From Eledone cirrhosa (Eukaryota), in contig OZ024741.1 in NCBI GenBank assembly GCA_964016885.1, positions 112,716,001 to 112,780,000 on the forward strand: 64,000 nucleotides of DNA, given 5' to 3'. The notes beneath the pieces were generated by a model. That model was not told the DNA's origin. It made no database searches and saw only the letters and a program-made list of their open reading frames with translations. Positions 41,286 to 55,800 of this stretch are shown piece by piece; positions within the stretch are counted from its first letter, which is position 1; every line of letters begins with the position of its first letter. The translations under genes were made by a program, and so were the position numbers.

Positions 41286-43439
41286 AGTTAGTAGACCTGT
41301 CTTTGGTGTGGCACTGATTAATTTAGATCAGTCAAAAGTATTTGATAGTGTAAACCATCACTACCTCGAAACTGTCCTAAGAGCAACTGATTTTTACACC
41401 ATTTTCAGAAGCTGGCTTACCCTGTTACACAGCAGCATCTGTTTGGTGGTCAAATTCAACAACCACTTATCAGAATGTTTCCATATTGAATGCTCGGTCA
41501 GCCTGGGATGTCCTCTCTCCCTCTCCTCTATATGTTCGCTTTGGAGCCTCTGGTGTGGAGAATAGAAATTTGATCACAAGAGAGCTGTGTCTGTTTGTAC
41601 AGATGGTGTCACTGTCATGTTGTCAGACACTTTAGATACTGAAGCAGTTGTCACCACATTGGAAGAATACCAGCAGGTCAATGAGCTTGAAACTCAGCAT
41701 ATGGAGAGGCAGGGTCTTGCTGGCCAGCAAAAATTTCTCCCACTAGACAGACTGCTTGGTGTCTGGTTTGGACCAATTCTCCAGGTAGACAAGGACTGGG
41801 AGGAGGTCATGAACAAGGTAGCACATGCCTCAATACCACACATCTCAATACAGCAAACCCTTTAAAACAGCATACACCTCAGTTTTCATCAAGTAAATTT
41901 AACTTACAATAATTGGGTCAAATCTGTACAAATCTGACACTTGTACAAGGTGTTACAAGATGAGATTGAATTCACAACAGCGTAACTGCAAAGTAAACTT
42001 CTTAACCACAAATCCATAAATGTACATATTTCTATATTGTTAAAATCTTGCCAAAATTGACTCTAATTTTGCAACACTTCCAGAGCAATGAAGACATAAA
42101 ATATAAACATTTTAAAATAAACAGCTTTGCAACATAGAACCAGCAGGCGGTTTTGTATCAAAAAGGTTAAGATCAACGTTTCAATTCTCTCAGAGCAATG
42201 GAGACACCAATCAAAATATGAGTATTATATTGAATTATGTCATTGGGCTACATAATTATCCCATTCTTACATAAAAAACGAAATAAACAAAATACAGAAA
42301 AAAAAAAGAATTAAATAAGTACTGCACTATGTCTATTATTGAAATCAATAATGGAATAACTGGATGATATAAACCATCTTGAGTATTTGTATTACGTGTT
42401 TATATTTACAACATAATTTGTAATACATTTGTCTTACATAGATTTTAATATTTATGATATAGATTTTAAAATTCATAGCATACATTTTAATGGCATTTAA
42501 ACGTGTTTTATTTTTCTATTATGAATGATAAAGTGAGGGAAAAAACATTGGTGACAGCCAGCATCATTGTCTTTGTGGTAACAGCTTGTCTTTGTTCTAT
42601 TTCTTTTATTTGTTTCAGTCTGTGAGTTTCATTGTTTTTATGGATAAATTGTTTTCTTTGTTATGCTGAATCTTATATGAAAGAAACAAATGTTTTAAGT
42701 CCATTTTTTTTTGCTGAAACAGGGGTTAGCCTTGAAGGTCCCTTCACAAGCTCTCCCATTTTGCCTAATCCTCTGCATCCCTTTAATTTCTCCTTCCTTT
42801 ATTTTTAGCCATCTCCTTCATGGTCTTGTACTTCCATTTACTTTTATCCACATTTATTTCCATTGCTCTTCTCACCCAATCACTTTCATCTTTCCTCAAC
42901 ACATCACCCAGCCATCTCATTCCATTTATCTTCACAAAATTCATCACTGGTTCTATTCTTGTCATTCCTCTCATCCAATCACTTTCATCCTTCCTCAACA
43001 CATGACCCAACCATTTCATTCCATGTCTCTTCACAACATTCATTACTGGCCCTATTCCCATCATCCTCTACAAAGGAAGAAAATGATAGCTCTTTCTTTT
43101 TTTCATCAATACCAAACAAATATAATCGATAACAGTCATCATCATCATCACCGTTTTACATCCATTCTTCCACGCTACAGTGTATTTCATTATTCTTAGA
43201 GTTGAAAGTGGTCAATAGTAGAAACTACAGTATTCAATTATATCCCTTTATACATCAATTTATTTATTTATTATTTTTATTATTATTGCTTGAAAGTTCT
43301 TTTGAATTCTGCTTCTTTCTCAAATCATGCTAAGTGTTAGCCTGGCACCTGAGGCAAAATTTGATAATACACACATTTTACAATCAATTGTCACACAAAT
43401 GATGCCACAAGAAAACAAACAACAGTAAATATCTTTGCA

Positions 43440-44900
43440 AGATTTTAAATTTGATAATGCCCTTCTCAGGACCTGGGCCATGCCAGTCAGCACTATTTTC
43501 CGTATTTTTTGCAGAGATGGCTTACCAGGTATCTGATCCAAATATTTTACAGTTCCCTTTTTTATTATTACAAGTGCCCTGTCTATCACTGGTCTTAAGA
43601 TGCCTCATTTTCTCAATTTCAATTGATAGATCTTTATACTTACCGAGCTTTCCAAACTCTTTTGAGATGTTACAATCCGATGAAATGTTCATATTAATTA
43701 AGAAGCATGTTTTCTCTTTATGAGCATTCACAATTCGATAAGTTCTATTGTCATTTTTTATTGTTATCATTATCATTGTTATTATTATTATTAATTGGAT
43801 TGGCAGTATCGGTGGAGGGTCGGACGCCATACTTTCTAGCATAGTTACGTTCCTTTACAGTCTGAGTTCAAATCCCGCCGAGGTTAACTTTGCCTTTCAT
43901 CCTTACGGGGTCGATAAAATAAAGTACCAGTAATGTACTGGGTAATTGCTGGCCTTGTGCCTAAAGTAGAAACAATTATTATTATTAATATTATTATTAC
44001 TATTATTATTATGGATAATGACCTGGGGTATTTAATCATCGGTCAACTCACAACAAGGACCTCAGACATAATTCTTTCCTCAAAATGTGTGTAATTCCAC
44101 TTTTTGTATGACACCCAACCTGTATGGTATTCTCAGTCACTTTAGGAAGTTTTGAAGTTTCAATAGGATTGACCCTAATGCCCCTATCACAACTGGTATC
44201 ACTTTCACATTATCCTCTTGCACTTGCATTCCAAATAGTCTTACCAGCTCCACTTTCAATTCAGAGTACTTGGTGATTATTTTCAATCTCATTACTCATA
44301 GTATTAGTGTCATTTGTTATGGCCACATCAATGATTTGACAGTATTTGTCTGGTTGGCAATGCTCAATTACTCTATCAGTTTTAAAATCATAATTGTTTC
44401 TACTATTGGCACAAGGCCAGCAATTACCCAGTGCATTACTGGTACTTTATTTTATCGACCCCGTAAGGATGAAAGGCAAAGTTAACCTCGGCGGGATTTG
44501 AACTCAGAATGGCAAGGGCCGTAACTCTATGCATCAAAGCATGGCATCCAACCCTCTACCGATACTGCCAATTCACCAATGCCAGAATATCGTTGCTTTC
44601 ATATTCTCCTGCATTACCTTACAAGGCACATGATCATACCAATTGTCTATGACTTCATATTGGTATTTACAATACAGAAGCCAATGTAGATATAGACAGA
44701 CTTTATGATGGCAGGGCTTGTATTCATGTTGCGCAAGGCTCTCTCATCCACTTACTAAGTGGGCCACATTTTCCATGTTCTTTCCATAGACCCTGCATTT
44801 ATGGGTGTCATACTTTACCGAATTGGTAGCAAAAATATAGTCTTGCACTGCAACTATAAGGCTTTCAGTGGAATGTTTCGAATGGCCTTGCTTAAGCCAT
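43440..44900 (-). mobile_element. Two decayed R4/NeSL-like (RLE endonuclease) LINE 3' fragments with SINE-A insertions at ~43797-43975 (+) and ~44392-44578 (-)
   Basis: KEKTCFLINMNISSD...KLGKYKDLSIEIEKM...LQKIVLTG and KVIPVVIGALG-like motifs. Confidence 0.65.
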
Positions 44901-45254
44901 ATTCAAGATGTTTTATCCTTGATTTCCTGTGTATTTCTTTCAAATTGACCATGCATTTTTATTCCTATATCTTTTCTTTTCTCTTCAGCTCTTTAGTTAA
45001 CTCTTCCTTTCAAACTATTTCAACTGCATTTAATAATGGGGTAAATAAATTAAAGTACCAGTCACACACTGAGGTCGATTTAATCAACTTTCCCCTCCCC
45101 ACAAATTACTGGTCTTGTGCCAATTTTAGAAAGAATTATTACCACTAGAAGTACATAATCTATTGTTACAGGCAGAATAAGTAATATTCAGTTTCTTTTC
45201 CAAATTGTGACGAGGCTGTGTTTATGGATTGTATTTGTGTATAAAACACACACT

Positions 45255-45320
<66 letters not shown>

Positions 45321-45360
45321 TAAGTTTATAAAGAAATTGGACAAGTTTGAAACTTATTCA

Positions 45361-45636
45361 CTTTTATTACAAGAAGCTACCACAATTCATATAATGGCTA
45401 TGAAATAGTGAAATAACAAGGATAAATTAACCTTCGACATAGTTGAAGAAGTTGGATAAACTATCCTTAACGATTCAAAGAAGGTGGACTGATATGCCTG
45501 TAGGAATCAAGCCACGCATTTGTCATCTGACATGGGAGACGCATAGTTTGATTTCTGTTTCTGAGGATAGTTTATCTGACTTATTTGACTATTTTATAGA
45601 CATTATATGAATTGTGGCAGCTTTTCATAATAAAAG
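45361..45636. mobile_element. Degenerate fold-back/MITE
   Basis: cttttatta..gctaccacaattcatataatg.ctat pairs with atagacattatatgaattgtggcagc..taataaaag. Inner arms ggataaactatcct / aggatagtttatct. Confidence 0.65.
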
Positions 45637-46100
45637 CTAACACATTTCATACAAAAACGCATTCCACCCACACTGTAAGATGTTTTTTTTAGGTCTCACA
45701 ACAAAAAGCACCCAGCCCACACTGTAAAGTGTTTGTGTAGGAGTCATGACAAAAAGCACCTGGCACACACTGTAAATGGGTTGGCATTTGGAGGGGGATC
45801 CAACCATAGAAACCTAGCCAGACCCAACTTGCTTCTAATTGGACAACACGTCTAACCTATGCTATCATGGAAAATGGACGTTAATCAATGATGATGATGA
45901 TGGTGTTATATATAATATCAGTAGTACCCAACATTGCTCATGGAAATATGACTCAGTCAGTGGACAATTTGCTGGAAAATAGTAATTGCAACTCTGCCTA
46001 AATATATTTTTAGAAACATATCTATATTCAGAATCTGTATGTATGTGTGTATTCTTACTTTTATCACATATATGGTACTTCAGGAAATAGAGATCGATAA

Positions 46101-47214
46101 TCTATATATATAAAACTGAGGTTGTCTGTCTGTCTGTCTGTCTACTAAAATGGTCGGCACACATCTCCTCCTAAACCGTACGTTCAAATTTCGGTGAAAT
46201 TGTTACACTTATAGATGAAGGTCCATCGGTCAAAAACATTTTCAAATCGACACACGCCAAGTGCAAAAATCGAATTTGTAATGTATTGATTTTTCAGTTC
46301 AAATGTATAAATAGAGATGAGAGACGAGTTATTTCCCTTTTATGGCGTCATTCTGTTTATCTATTTACGTTACGAATAAACGACGCGTGCAAAAGTACAA
46401 AAAATACACGAACAGTTTTCGGGCCAGCAAAATTTTAACCTGCAAAATTCATGAGTTCGAAGTTTCAACATTAAGCTTCCATTTTGCTTCATTTCCATTA
46501 AAAAGTCTTTTAAAACAATATTTTTACTTGAAAACAAGCCTTTTTGAATACACCGTAAAACAAGCAAATATTTTGTAAAAAAAGCATTGATCTCGAATAA
46601 AGCCTTATGAGATTTTCATTTAGAAGCAATGATTTTAAACGACAGACAGTCGTGCAGAGAGGTGATATAGGCGATAAAGTTGTGCAGACAGACAGTCGTG
46701 CAGAAAGGTGATATAGGCGATAAAGTTGTGCAGACAGACAGTCGGGCTGATAGACGATGGAGGCATGCAGACAGACGGTCGTGCAGAGAAGTGATATAGG
46801 AGATAAAGTTGTGCAGACAGACAGTCGTGCAGAGAGGTGATAGGCGATAAAATTGAATTTTATTTTTGTTTTTCATGTCCATCCAATTTCTTTGTTTCAA
46901 AATAACTGATAGTTTGGTTACGCTGATGTTTTTCTCTGAGATAAGTGTTGCAGTGTTTACATTTTCGATTTTTGTTAATAGATTACCAGTGCAGTTTTTA
47001 TCCCCAGCATCCTCTTTTGTTTTAACATTCAGGTTATGGTTATGTTTTCTTAACTTCATAAGGCATACTGTTGGTTGAGAGAATATTAATCAAAAGTACC
47101 ACAAGAAAGTCTACACTGTAGACTCTACAGTTTTTAAGCCAAGAAAGGAACTTAACATTGTAACTTTAACACAGCTACTGAACAGCCCCGAGCAACGCCG
47201 GGCTTTACTGCTAG
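46101..47214 (+). mobile_element. Non-autonomous Helitron with internal ~46-bp minisatellite (46640-46850)
   Basis: A|TCtatatatataaaactgagg at the start; cccgagcaacgccggg ctttactgCTAG|T at the end. Confidence 0.88.
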
Positions 47215-48285
47215 TAAGTAATAAATTGAAATAAGTACTGGCATCAATAGGATAGCTGAAACTCTTTAAGACATTTCCCCTTTATGACCACCATTCAGTT
47301 AAAAGACTGAAACTAAATCAGTTAAAGATTTAATTTATTTTTATTGTTTATGTTCATTTGTTTTGTTGATTGCATATGTATGCAACTAAAATATCACTGT
47401 ACCTCAAACATAAACAATATGCAATTAGAGAGCCCTCTTGTTTGCACCAAATGCTGGACTTCACTCAAGGTCTCTCATGGTAAACACACACCCTAAACAT
47501 ACCTAGAACTGTATCTAACAGACTGGTTCTTGTCCACAAATTCAAAAAGCATTTCAATTCTCAACAACTTCTGACTCTCTACAATGTTCATGTTAAACCC
47601 ACAATGGAATATTGGTCCAATGGAATAACATCTGGGGATGGTGTTGCTCCTACACGTACATAGATCCTATAACATACCTATAAAAACTACGCTTGTATGA
47701 TTGGGCTAAATTCATTGATTCTCCAGCCACTGGCTCCCATTTCTACTGCAACTACAATGGCATCTGCTCCTTAGATTATATAGGCTTCATACTACCTTCC
47801 CTCAGGCACTACTGCTTCACGTGTCACTTCTCTTATCACCCATATTGGGACTAACTCTTCAACCCCTAAAATAGCCACTTTGCATACTCCTTCTTTGCAG
47901 AATGTCACCCCTCTGGGATTTGTTCCCTGCACATGTATTCCATCTACAGACCATCACCACCAACACCACCACTGCACCAGCATCCACAGCACACTAACAG
48001 CACCACCCACTAACGCATCAACACAACACACCATTGCCACAAAAACCAATACTTCCATCACCTCCACCACCACTCTGCCATAATCCAACACACCATTAGT
48101 ATTGAATCTCCACCCCACCACCACCACCACACAAATAAATCAACACACAACACACCAATACTGTCACAACATCATCATCAACATCATTAATTTCATAGGT
48201 CTTTTCTTTTTCTTTATAACTTCTGATGTAAATAAACTGTTTTCACCTCCCACTAAATTTCTTCTTATGATGCACATTGTCAACC

Positions 48286-48471
48286 TCACACAAGCTTAAA
48301 TAACAACTTCCTGTATTCTTGGCCTCTCTTGGCCATTTTCCTCATACTATCAGGGCAGAGTTGGCTGTCCACAGGAGCAAGCCGCATAAGCTGGAATGGC
48401 TCTTTCAATGTGTCTAACTCACTGTACTCTGGGTCAACGTTTTCTCCATTCTGTCCACTGAGTGAAGTTGT
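48286..48471 (-). CDS. Candidate host-gene exon (protein not recognised)
   Basis: Acceptor ttctgcatacag| then TTSLSGQNGENVDPEYSELDTLKEPFQLMRLAPVDSQLCPDSMRKMAKRGQEYRKLLFKLV*. Higher GC than the flanks and no TE motif recognised. It could instead end at an overlapping gtgagg donor. Confidence 0.45.
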   Translation of the reverse strand, partial: TTSLSGQNGENVDPEYSELDTLKEPFQLMRLAPVDSQLCPDSMRKMAKRGQEYRKLLFKLV

Positions 48472-48596
48472 CTGTATGCAGAAAGTTACATGAGAATCCA
48501 AGTGTATATTTGTTTATGATAAGGATGAAGATCTGAGCAAATATTTTGTTAATTTAAACCTCCAGCAAATGAATGAGTAGAGGATGGGAGGGATTC

Positions 48597-48631
<35 letters not shown>

Positions 48632-48874
48632 CTAATCATTCAAAAGAAACTTAAATAGGTTCGGTCACAAGCTTAGAATGAAAGATTTACTCAAGTTATT
48701 TGATATCTAACAATTTTTACTTTCAAAAATATTGGCTTTCATATTGAAACATTAAGAAATTTTTGTACTGGAGAAAATGTTTCAAAGTTTTGTGTATGCA
48801 AATAGTAACACAAATATGCACACGCACACACACTCACACACACACACACACACTCACACACACACACACACACA

Positions 48875-48929
<55 letters not shown>

Positions 48930-49448
48930 GTATATATATAATGTTACAAACATGATATATATACATCTTTCTTTTTAAAATTTCAAACATTTTGTCTCTT
49001 TCTCTCCCTTTCTTGCTTGACATGTATCTTTATTTCTCTCCCTCTCTCACTTGACATGTATCTCTCTCTTACTCTTTTTCGCCTCTCTAAGGTTTCCACA
49101 CTCATATCCTTTCATCTATTTCTCATTGCCCTTTCATATTTTACCATCTCTCCCTCTCTCTTTCTCTTTTTCCGACAAACTTTCTTTTTGACTCACTCAC
49201 CCTCTCTGTCCTTCTCTACAGTATGGAGAGAGACGGTTCTGAAACAAAATGGCCAGATTGTTATATATGAATATGGGAAAAGAAATAGAATTGAATTGAA
49301 TATGAATTACTATTTTATACAGCAAAATAAATGCTACCATTATTTGTCCAGTGGCATAAGGAACAAAAAAATATTTTTGTGGGGTGTTCATTCTCTTATA
49401 TCTGAGTACAAGCCAGACACAGACTGAGACAATTTTCCTTTATATTAC

Positions 49449-49542
<94 letters not shown>

Positions 49543-50284
49543 TTCACTCCATCAAAGTGATAAATGAGTAAAAACATTTATTTTATTTTAAAAATTTCAT
49601 ATGTAATTTTGTGAATAACAGGATCCTTAGTTATAGGTTTCCAATTGGTTAATCTCTGACTCACTGCATTTTGTAATTTCAAGATCGACACATGTACAAC
49701 TCATATGGCTCACATAACACAAGGAATTTTCATTTTAAAGTTTCCGTTAATCAGTTTCCTTGGTGTGGGTTACATATTTTGTCCTTATGCAATGCCAAAT
49801 AAACATTACACAGATACATGTATGCATATATACAACTAGCTATGCCCGTATGGAAAATGGACATTAAACAGCGATGATGATGACAACAGGATTTTGTATA
49901 GTTGCTGCCAACTAATTTTCCCTACAGGGCATTGATTTATCTAAGGTGCTATGCTGTGACCTAGAGCCATATTTTGAAACCTTCATGGTTTGGGGTTCAA
50001 TGCAATAGTGAATCCAACTCTCTAACTACTAAGCCACACGTCTTCACTTATATATATATATATATGTGTGTGTTTGTGTTATCTCTCTCGCTCTCTCTCA
50101 TATATATATATATATATAATGAAGGGGTTGTGGTAAGGAAGAAGAATGACCATAATGCACCAGGGTACTCAGTACTTAGGGTAGTAGAGTGAGTAATAGA
50201 AAAATGTATTTCTGGACTCAGAAATAGCCGTCGAAACGGCTTGAGCTCTGCCGTCGGGGTCATACATTTTCATATATATATACT

Positions 50285-50950
50285 ACTTGCGTAGATTAGA
50301 AAGAACCGAAGCCTGCATGCTCCGATGGATGTGTAATAGTAATATACGCGAACGGCAAAGCATAAATGAATTGAGAGACCGAGCATAAGAGGAATCAAAT
50401 GCTGTGTGCAGGAGAGGCGGTTGCGTTGGTATGGACATGTGATGCGTATGAAAAATGATAGCTGCATAAAAAGGTGCAGAGCACTAGAAGTCAATGGAAA
50501 CTGCGGAGTGGGGAGACCCAAGAAGACCTGGGATGAGGCGATAAAAGCCAACCTTACCCAATTACACCTCTCAAAGGCGATGACACACGACCGTGAGCTC
50601 TGGTGTCACGCAGTAATACAGAGTACCCAACCTCCCATGAGTACAAGCTGAAGCAGATAGACAATATGCCTCCACACCCTCCCACTGCAAAGTGGTCGTG
50701 GAGGTGCCATGGCAAAAAAGCACCCAGCCCACACTGTAAAGTGGACGTGTAGGTGCCATGGAAAAAAAGCACCCACCACCCACTGTAAATGAGGTTGGTG
50801 TTAGGAAGGGCATCCAGCTGTAGAAATCAAGCCAAAATCAGTTCCTGTATGAGCAAGACAAGCTCAGCCGACCAGACACTGCCCACAACAGGACAACCCG
50901 TCTAACCCATGCTAGCATGGAAGAACGGACGTAAAACGGTGATGATGATG
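50285..50950 (+). mobile_element. RTE family A 3' fragment
   Basis: [13 protein letters not shown]...GRPKKTW plus the family A 3' UTR and (GAT)n tail. Confidence 0.92.
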
Positions 50951-51429
50951 AAGACAAGGATATGCATACACACACACATTTGCAGGAGAAAATAAGAGAA
51001 AGAGGAGTACTCAATACATGCATTAGTTTATTTGTTAGTTCAAAGCTGATGATTCACTTGTTACTTAAACATATAATCTATATAAAAAATAAAAAAAGCA
51101 TGCATACCAACAGAATTTATGTGTTTGCATGATTAATTTTAGGAAAACTTTGTAAATTTTAGATTGGTGAGAAATACACTAATTGATAATTATTCACATA
51201 ATTTTGTTAATTATACTGCATTTTGTGATCTTAATAAATAGTTGTGTATATAAAATGATTTAGAAATTCTTAATTATATGCACATGTATACTTACATTTG
51301 CATGAATATATACACACATAAACCCAGGCATATTTTCATTTTGAAAATGATGATTATTTAACACTCCTTTGTGTATTGGGATTTATAATGTATCATTTTG
51401 TGGCTGTGAATGTTTCTTGACCAGACATA

Positions 51430-52805
51430 TACAGACACACAGATAAACATGAACATAGGGAAGTACATACAGACAGATGCACACAAACAGGCACATAGTG
51501 ACACATACACACAAACATAGACAAATACATACAGACAGATGCACACAAACAGGCACATAGTGACACATACACACAAACATAGACAAATACATACAAACAG
51601 ATGCACACAAACAGGCACATAGTGACACATACACACAAACATAGACAAATACAGACAGACAGATGCACACAAACAGGCACATAGTGACATACACACAAAC
51701 ATAGACAAATACATACAGATAGATGCATGCACATAGCCACACACAAAAACACAGGCACACACACAAACACAGCCACTAAGAGACGCATACACACAAACAA
51801 ATACAAACAGATGCATACACATAGCTGCACACAGGCATACAAACACACACATATAGATGCATACACATAGATAGATGCACACACACAGTCACACACATTA
51901 CACATACACACAAATATAAGCATAAATAAACATCAATGAAGAGATATATAACACAAAACACATACAGACAGATTGATGCATATAGCCAAACACTAACACA
52001 TACAAATAGATCTATACACAGACAGATGCACACAAACAGCCACACAGAGACACATACACAAGCATAAGCCGACACACACAGTCATGAAGAGACACATATA
52101 CACAAACAAATACAGATACATGCATACACATACAGACAGATGCATGTACACAGCCACTCAGAGACACATAGACACAAACATAGGCACACATACATCCACA
52201 AAGAGATATATATGCACAAACAAATACAGATAGATGCATACACATACAGACAGATGCACATAAACAGCCACTCAGAGACACATACATACAAATATAGGCA
52301 CACAGTCACAAAGAGACATATACGCAGAAGCACATACAGAGAGATGCATGCACATAACCACACATAAACACATACAGAGAAATGCATGCACATAGACACA
52401 CACAAACTCATGCATACAGATGCATACACATAGCCACACACAAACATATACATAGAGATGCATACATATAGCCACACACAAACACAGAGAGATGTATACA
52501 CATAGCTACACACACATAGATGCATACACATAGCCACACACAAACATATACATAGAGATGCATACATATAGCCACACACAAACACAGAGAGATGTATACA
52601 CATAGCCACACACACATAGATGCATGCACATAGCCACACACAAACTCATGCATACAGATGCATACACATAGCCACACACAAACATATACATAGAGATGCA
52701 TACATATAGCCACACACAAACACAGAGAGATGTATAAACATAGCCACACACACATAGATGCATGCACATAGACACACACAAACTCACACAGTTAGATGCA
52801 TGCAC
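51430..52805. repeat. CA-rich compound minisatellite (~60-bp and longer units)
   Basis: Repeated acagatgcacacaaacaggcacatagtgacacatacacacaaacatagacaaatac and gatgcatacacatagccacacac units. Confidence 0.9.
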
Positions 52806-52944
52806 ACAGACTGAAGTACACACACCCAAGCTATCTAGATGTGAATAACTGGACACTCATGCCAAAACACACATTCACATACACTGAAACATTCAATATA
52901 CATTTTCCTGAAACTCTAATTATGGCAATATGGCAATATCTAAA

Positions 52945-53220
52945 AAGTCTGTCTAAAACCAAAAGGCTCATTTGGCCGCTGCTTATCCCGGTTTCATGAC
53001 GTGAAGCGACTGAAAGTACAAGACTCCCCCCTGGACAGGACTCCAGTCTATCACAGGGTTAAACATCCAACCATTACTGGTACTCATTTTCAGCTGAGTA
53101 TACTGGAGCAACGTGAAATGAAGTGTTTTGCTCAAGAACACAACATGCAACCCAGGAATTGAACCTATGACATTATGATTGTAAGTCCAATACCCTTACT
53201 ACTAGGCCACATGCCTCCAC
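52945..53220 (-). mobile_element. tRNA-derived SINE with family-B-like head and a different tail
   Basis: tggcctagtagt...ggttcaattcc...ttgagcaaaacacttcatttcacgttgctccag...ccctgtgatagactgg. Confidence 0.75.
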
Positions 53221-53699
53221 AAATATGGCAATATACATACCTATATTCAGTTGTTTGTATGTGTTTATGTTTCTTTGTGTGAGTATGTAATTTTGTGTGT
53301 AGTGTATGTGGTTGGACGTGTTTATGTATATGTGTTTTGTGTGTTTGTGCACATTGTATGTGTGTGTGTGTTTGAGCATGTATACATATGTTTGTACATG
53401 TATGTGTGTTTGTACATGTATGTGTGTTTATGCTCTTATGTGTGTGCTTTTTTAACTGGGTATATATGAGTGTGTATGTTTGAGTATATGCGTGTGTTTG
53501 AGCATGTGAGGGTGTGCACTTCTGTGTATTTATCTGTGTGCATATGTTTGTGCATGTGAGTATGTATATTTGTGTGTGTGTATCTGTGTGTGTGCATTAC
53601 AAAGCATATTCTCTCATTGATACTTGATAGATAAATGTCACTGTTATTTCAAACTCTGTGCTCTATAGTATTCCACCTAATGTCAAATTTATGTCTCTA

Positions 53700-54135
53700 C
53701 TCCATTGCCTCACTAATGTGGATTGTTATGTCATTGGGGAACCAATATTGGAATGATGTTTTGCCCTTCATTTGCTGCTTACTTTACACATAACTGCTCT
53801 CACAATAGCTGTATCTTTTCAGTTTTCCCGAAGAATTGAAATGCGTTTTGGCCTGTTTCAGGTATTGCTCATTAATGCATATTCCCCATGGTGAAAACCT
53901 TAATAGAGATAAATATTGCAGGAAGTCAGATGACTTACCAGCCAAATTCCCATTTGGATTTGTTGAGCAAAACCAATTATTCTTTTTGGAAGATAGTTGT
54001 AGTGAATAGAACAGAATTCTTATAGAGTTTTCTGGCAGATACAAAAGTGATTTCATCCGCAATTCTCTCTGCATAGTCTTACGAGACTTTTTGACAAAAC
54101 TAACTAACATTGTTACTTCTTGCATTACCATTTTA
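53700..54135 (-). pseudogene. Probable Tc1/mariner transposase fossil
   Basis: ...NWFCSTNPN..LAGKSSDF..LLRFSPWG resembles a degraded WPxxSPDLNPLDFxxWG motif. Confidence 0.4.
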
Positions 54136-54756
54136 TTTATTTCTGTTTATATATCTATTTATTTTTTATGAGTTGTTGTCTGTTTGCCAGTCGTTCTTAT
54201 TAAATGTTTTAGATAATCATGGTTGATTTACTTTGTAAATATGATTCATAGTCAGTCAAAATGCACGTTGTGGAAGAAACTAGAAAAAAGAAAAAAATGG
54301 CAAAGAAAGAGAAAAGCTTCAACGGTACAATTTAGCAATGGTTGTATTTGGTAATTGCTGCATTGAAATGTGGTGTTGCCTGGGATAATCTACTGTTTCA
54401 ATAAGCTATTTTAACATTTTGCTCCTTTCTTACAAAACTAAATCTATATAGACCTAGCCAACCCCAATCACCCAGTCCAACACAAACACTTTATTATTGT
54501 TATTGTTGGTGTTATTTGGAGAAAATTCAGTGGTGATGCCATTACTTTTGAGATGATGGCATTCATGGTTAAATTAATAAAACATTCAATGGATTGTAGT
54601 AGATCTGTGAGAAATAATTGATTTGCAATACAAATAAGAACTGTTGGGGCCTGTGACTTTTTAAATGATAATTCAACAGCATCAGGAAGGTAAACACAAA
54701 GAATAAAATAAAAGTAAATATCTAGCAAATATATGCTTATACATGCCTGTGTGTGC

Positions 54757-54802
<46 letters not shown>

Positions 54803-55750
54803 AGAAACCTCTTCATTATTGAAATTGTTGCATTGACAGCCTTTCTTCCACAGAAAATGGATTTATCCAAGCCCTTCCAGAGTTCCCTTTGTTTGTTCTT
54901 TATTTTTATAAATATAATATTGCAGCAATATTCCTTAGGGAGTTTGTTTCTTTGTTATTGGGATATTATTCTTCTAGTGTGTTTTAGCTGTCCCTTCCTT
55001 TTCCCCCACTTTCTGACCTCTTTTTCCTTTCTATGTCCCTCCCTTATTCTCTTTCTCCATCTCTCTCTTGCTCAAAGCTTTTAAAGTGCTTTTCATCAAA
55101 GTTATAGCAATTGCTTTAATATCAACACACACTCACACACACTCAGCCTCAGATCAAGTCACTTGCAAAACAAGTTCAACTTCAAAATCAAAGGTATAGT
55201 TTTCTGTGAAGTCAATATAACTAAGTGGATAAGGTTGATCACAGATGTATCTGTGTGCATGACATTAAAGGCCCTCCAATCTTACTGGAAATCAGACACA
55301 AAGATAAGTGTAATTCATCAGTTCTATTATTCATTATTATTTTAACCAGCAGTGACTATTCTGCAGTTAATCAGCTTTTTAATGAATTGTCTGCACATAG
55401 TTCTAGTTAAGTACTTCCTTTCTAGCTGATTTAAGTATGACTTTAAAAATAATTCCTTTCACATGCCACCACCATAAATGGTGGTGGCATGTGGAAGGCT
55501 GACTGGATGAAGGTTATAATGGTGATGGTAACGATTAATCTATAAGTGGTTTGTTAGCTTGTTGCACTTAATTCTTAGGTAGTCACAGTGCTAGACTTAC
55601 CTATAAGCTAAATAAGCTATAACTTAGGGCGACATACACCTTCGGTGGCCTCATTTTTAAAAATAAATATTTAGTTTATCATTAGTTTTTATTCTTTAAC
55701 ACTAAATCATCAAAAATTATATATATATATATATGTATGTATATATAAAT

Positions 55751-55800
<50 letters not shown>

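Larger units (their letters stand above)
38840..41825 (+). mobile_element. L1/Tx1-like LINE RT relic, split by a hAT insertion
   Basis: GVVTLLRKD...NFRLITLLNTELKMLAKVLA runs to 39052. It resumes at ~41292 with ALINLDQSKVFDSVNH...SVSLGCPLS. Confidence 0.8.

Noticed and set aside
46640-46850. Regular repeats resembling a CRISPR array
   Set aside because: No unique spacers and no cas genes. It is a minisatellite inside a eukaryotic Helitron.
53784-54131. 115-aa ORF with a gtaagt donor as a host exon
   Set aside because: Better explained as a degraded mariner-like transposase.
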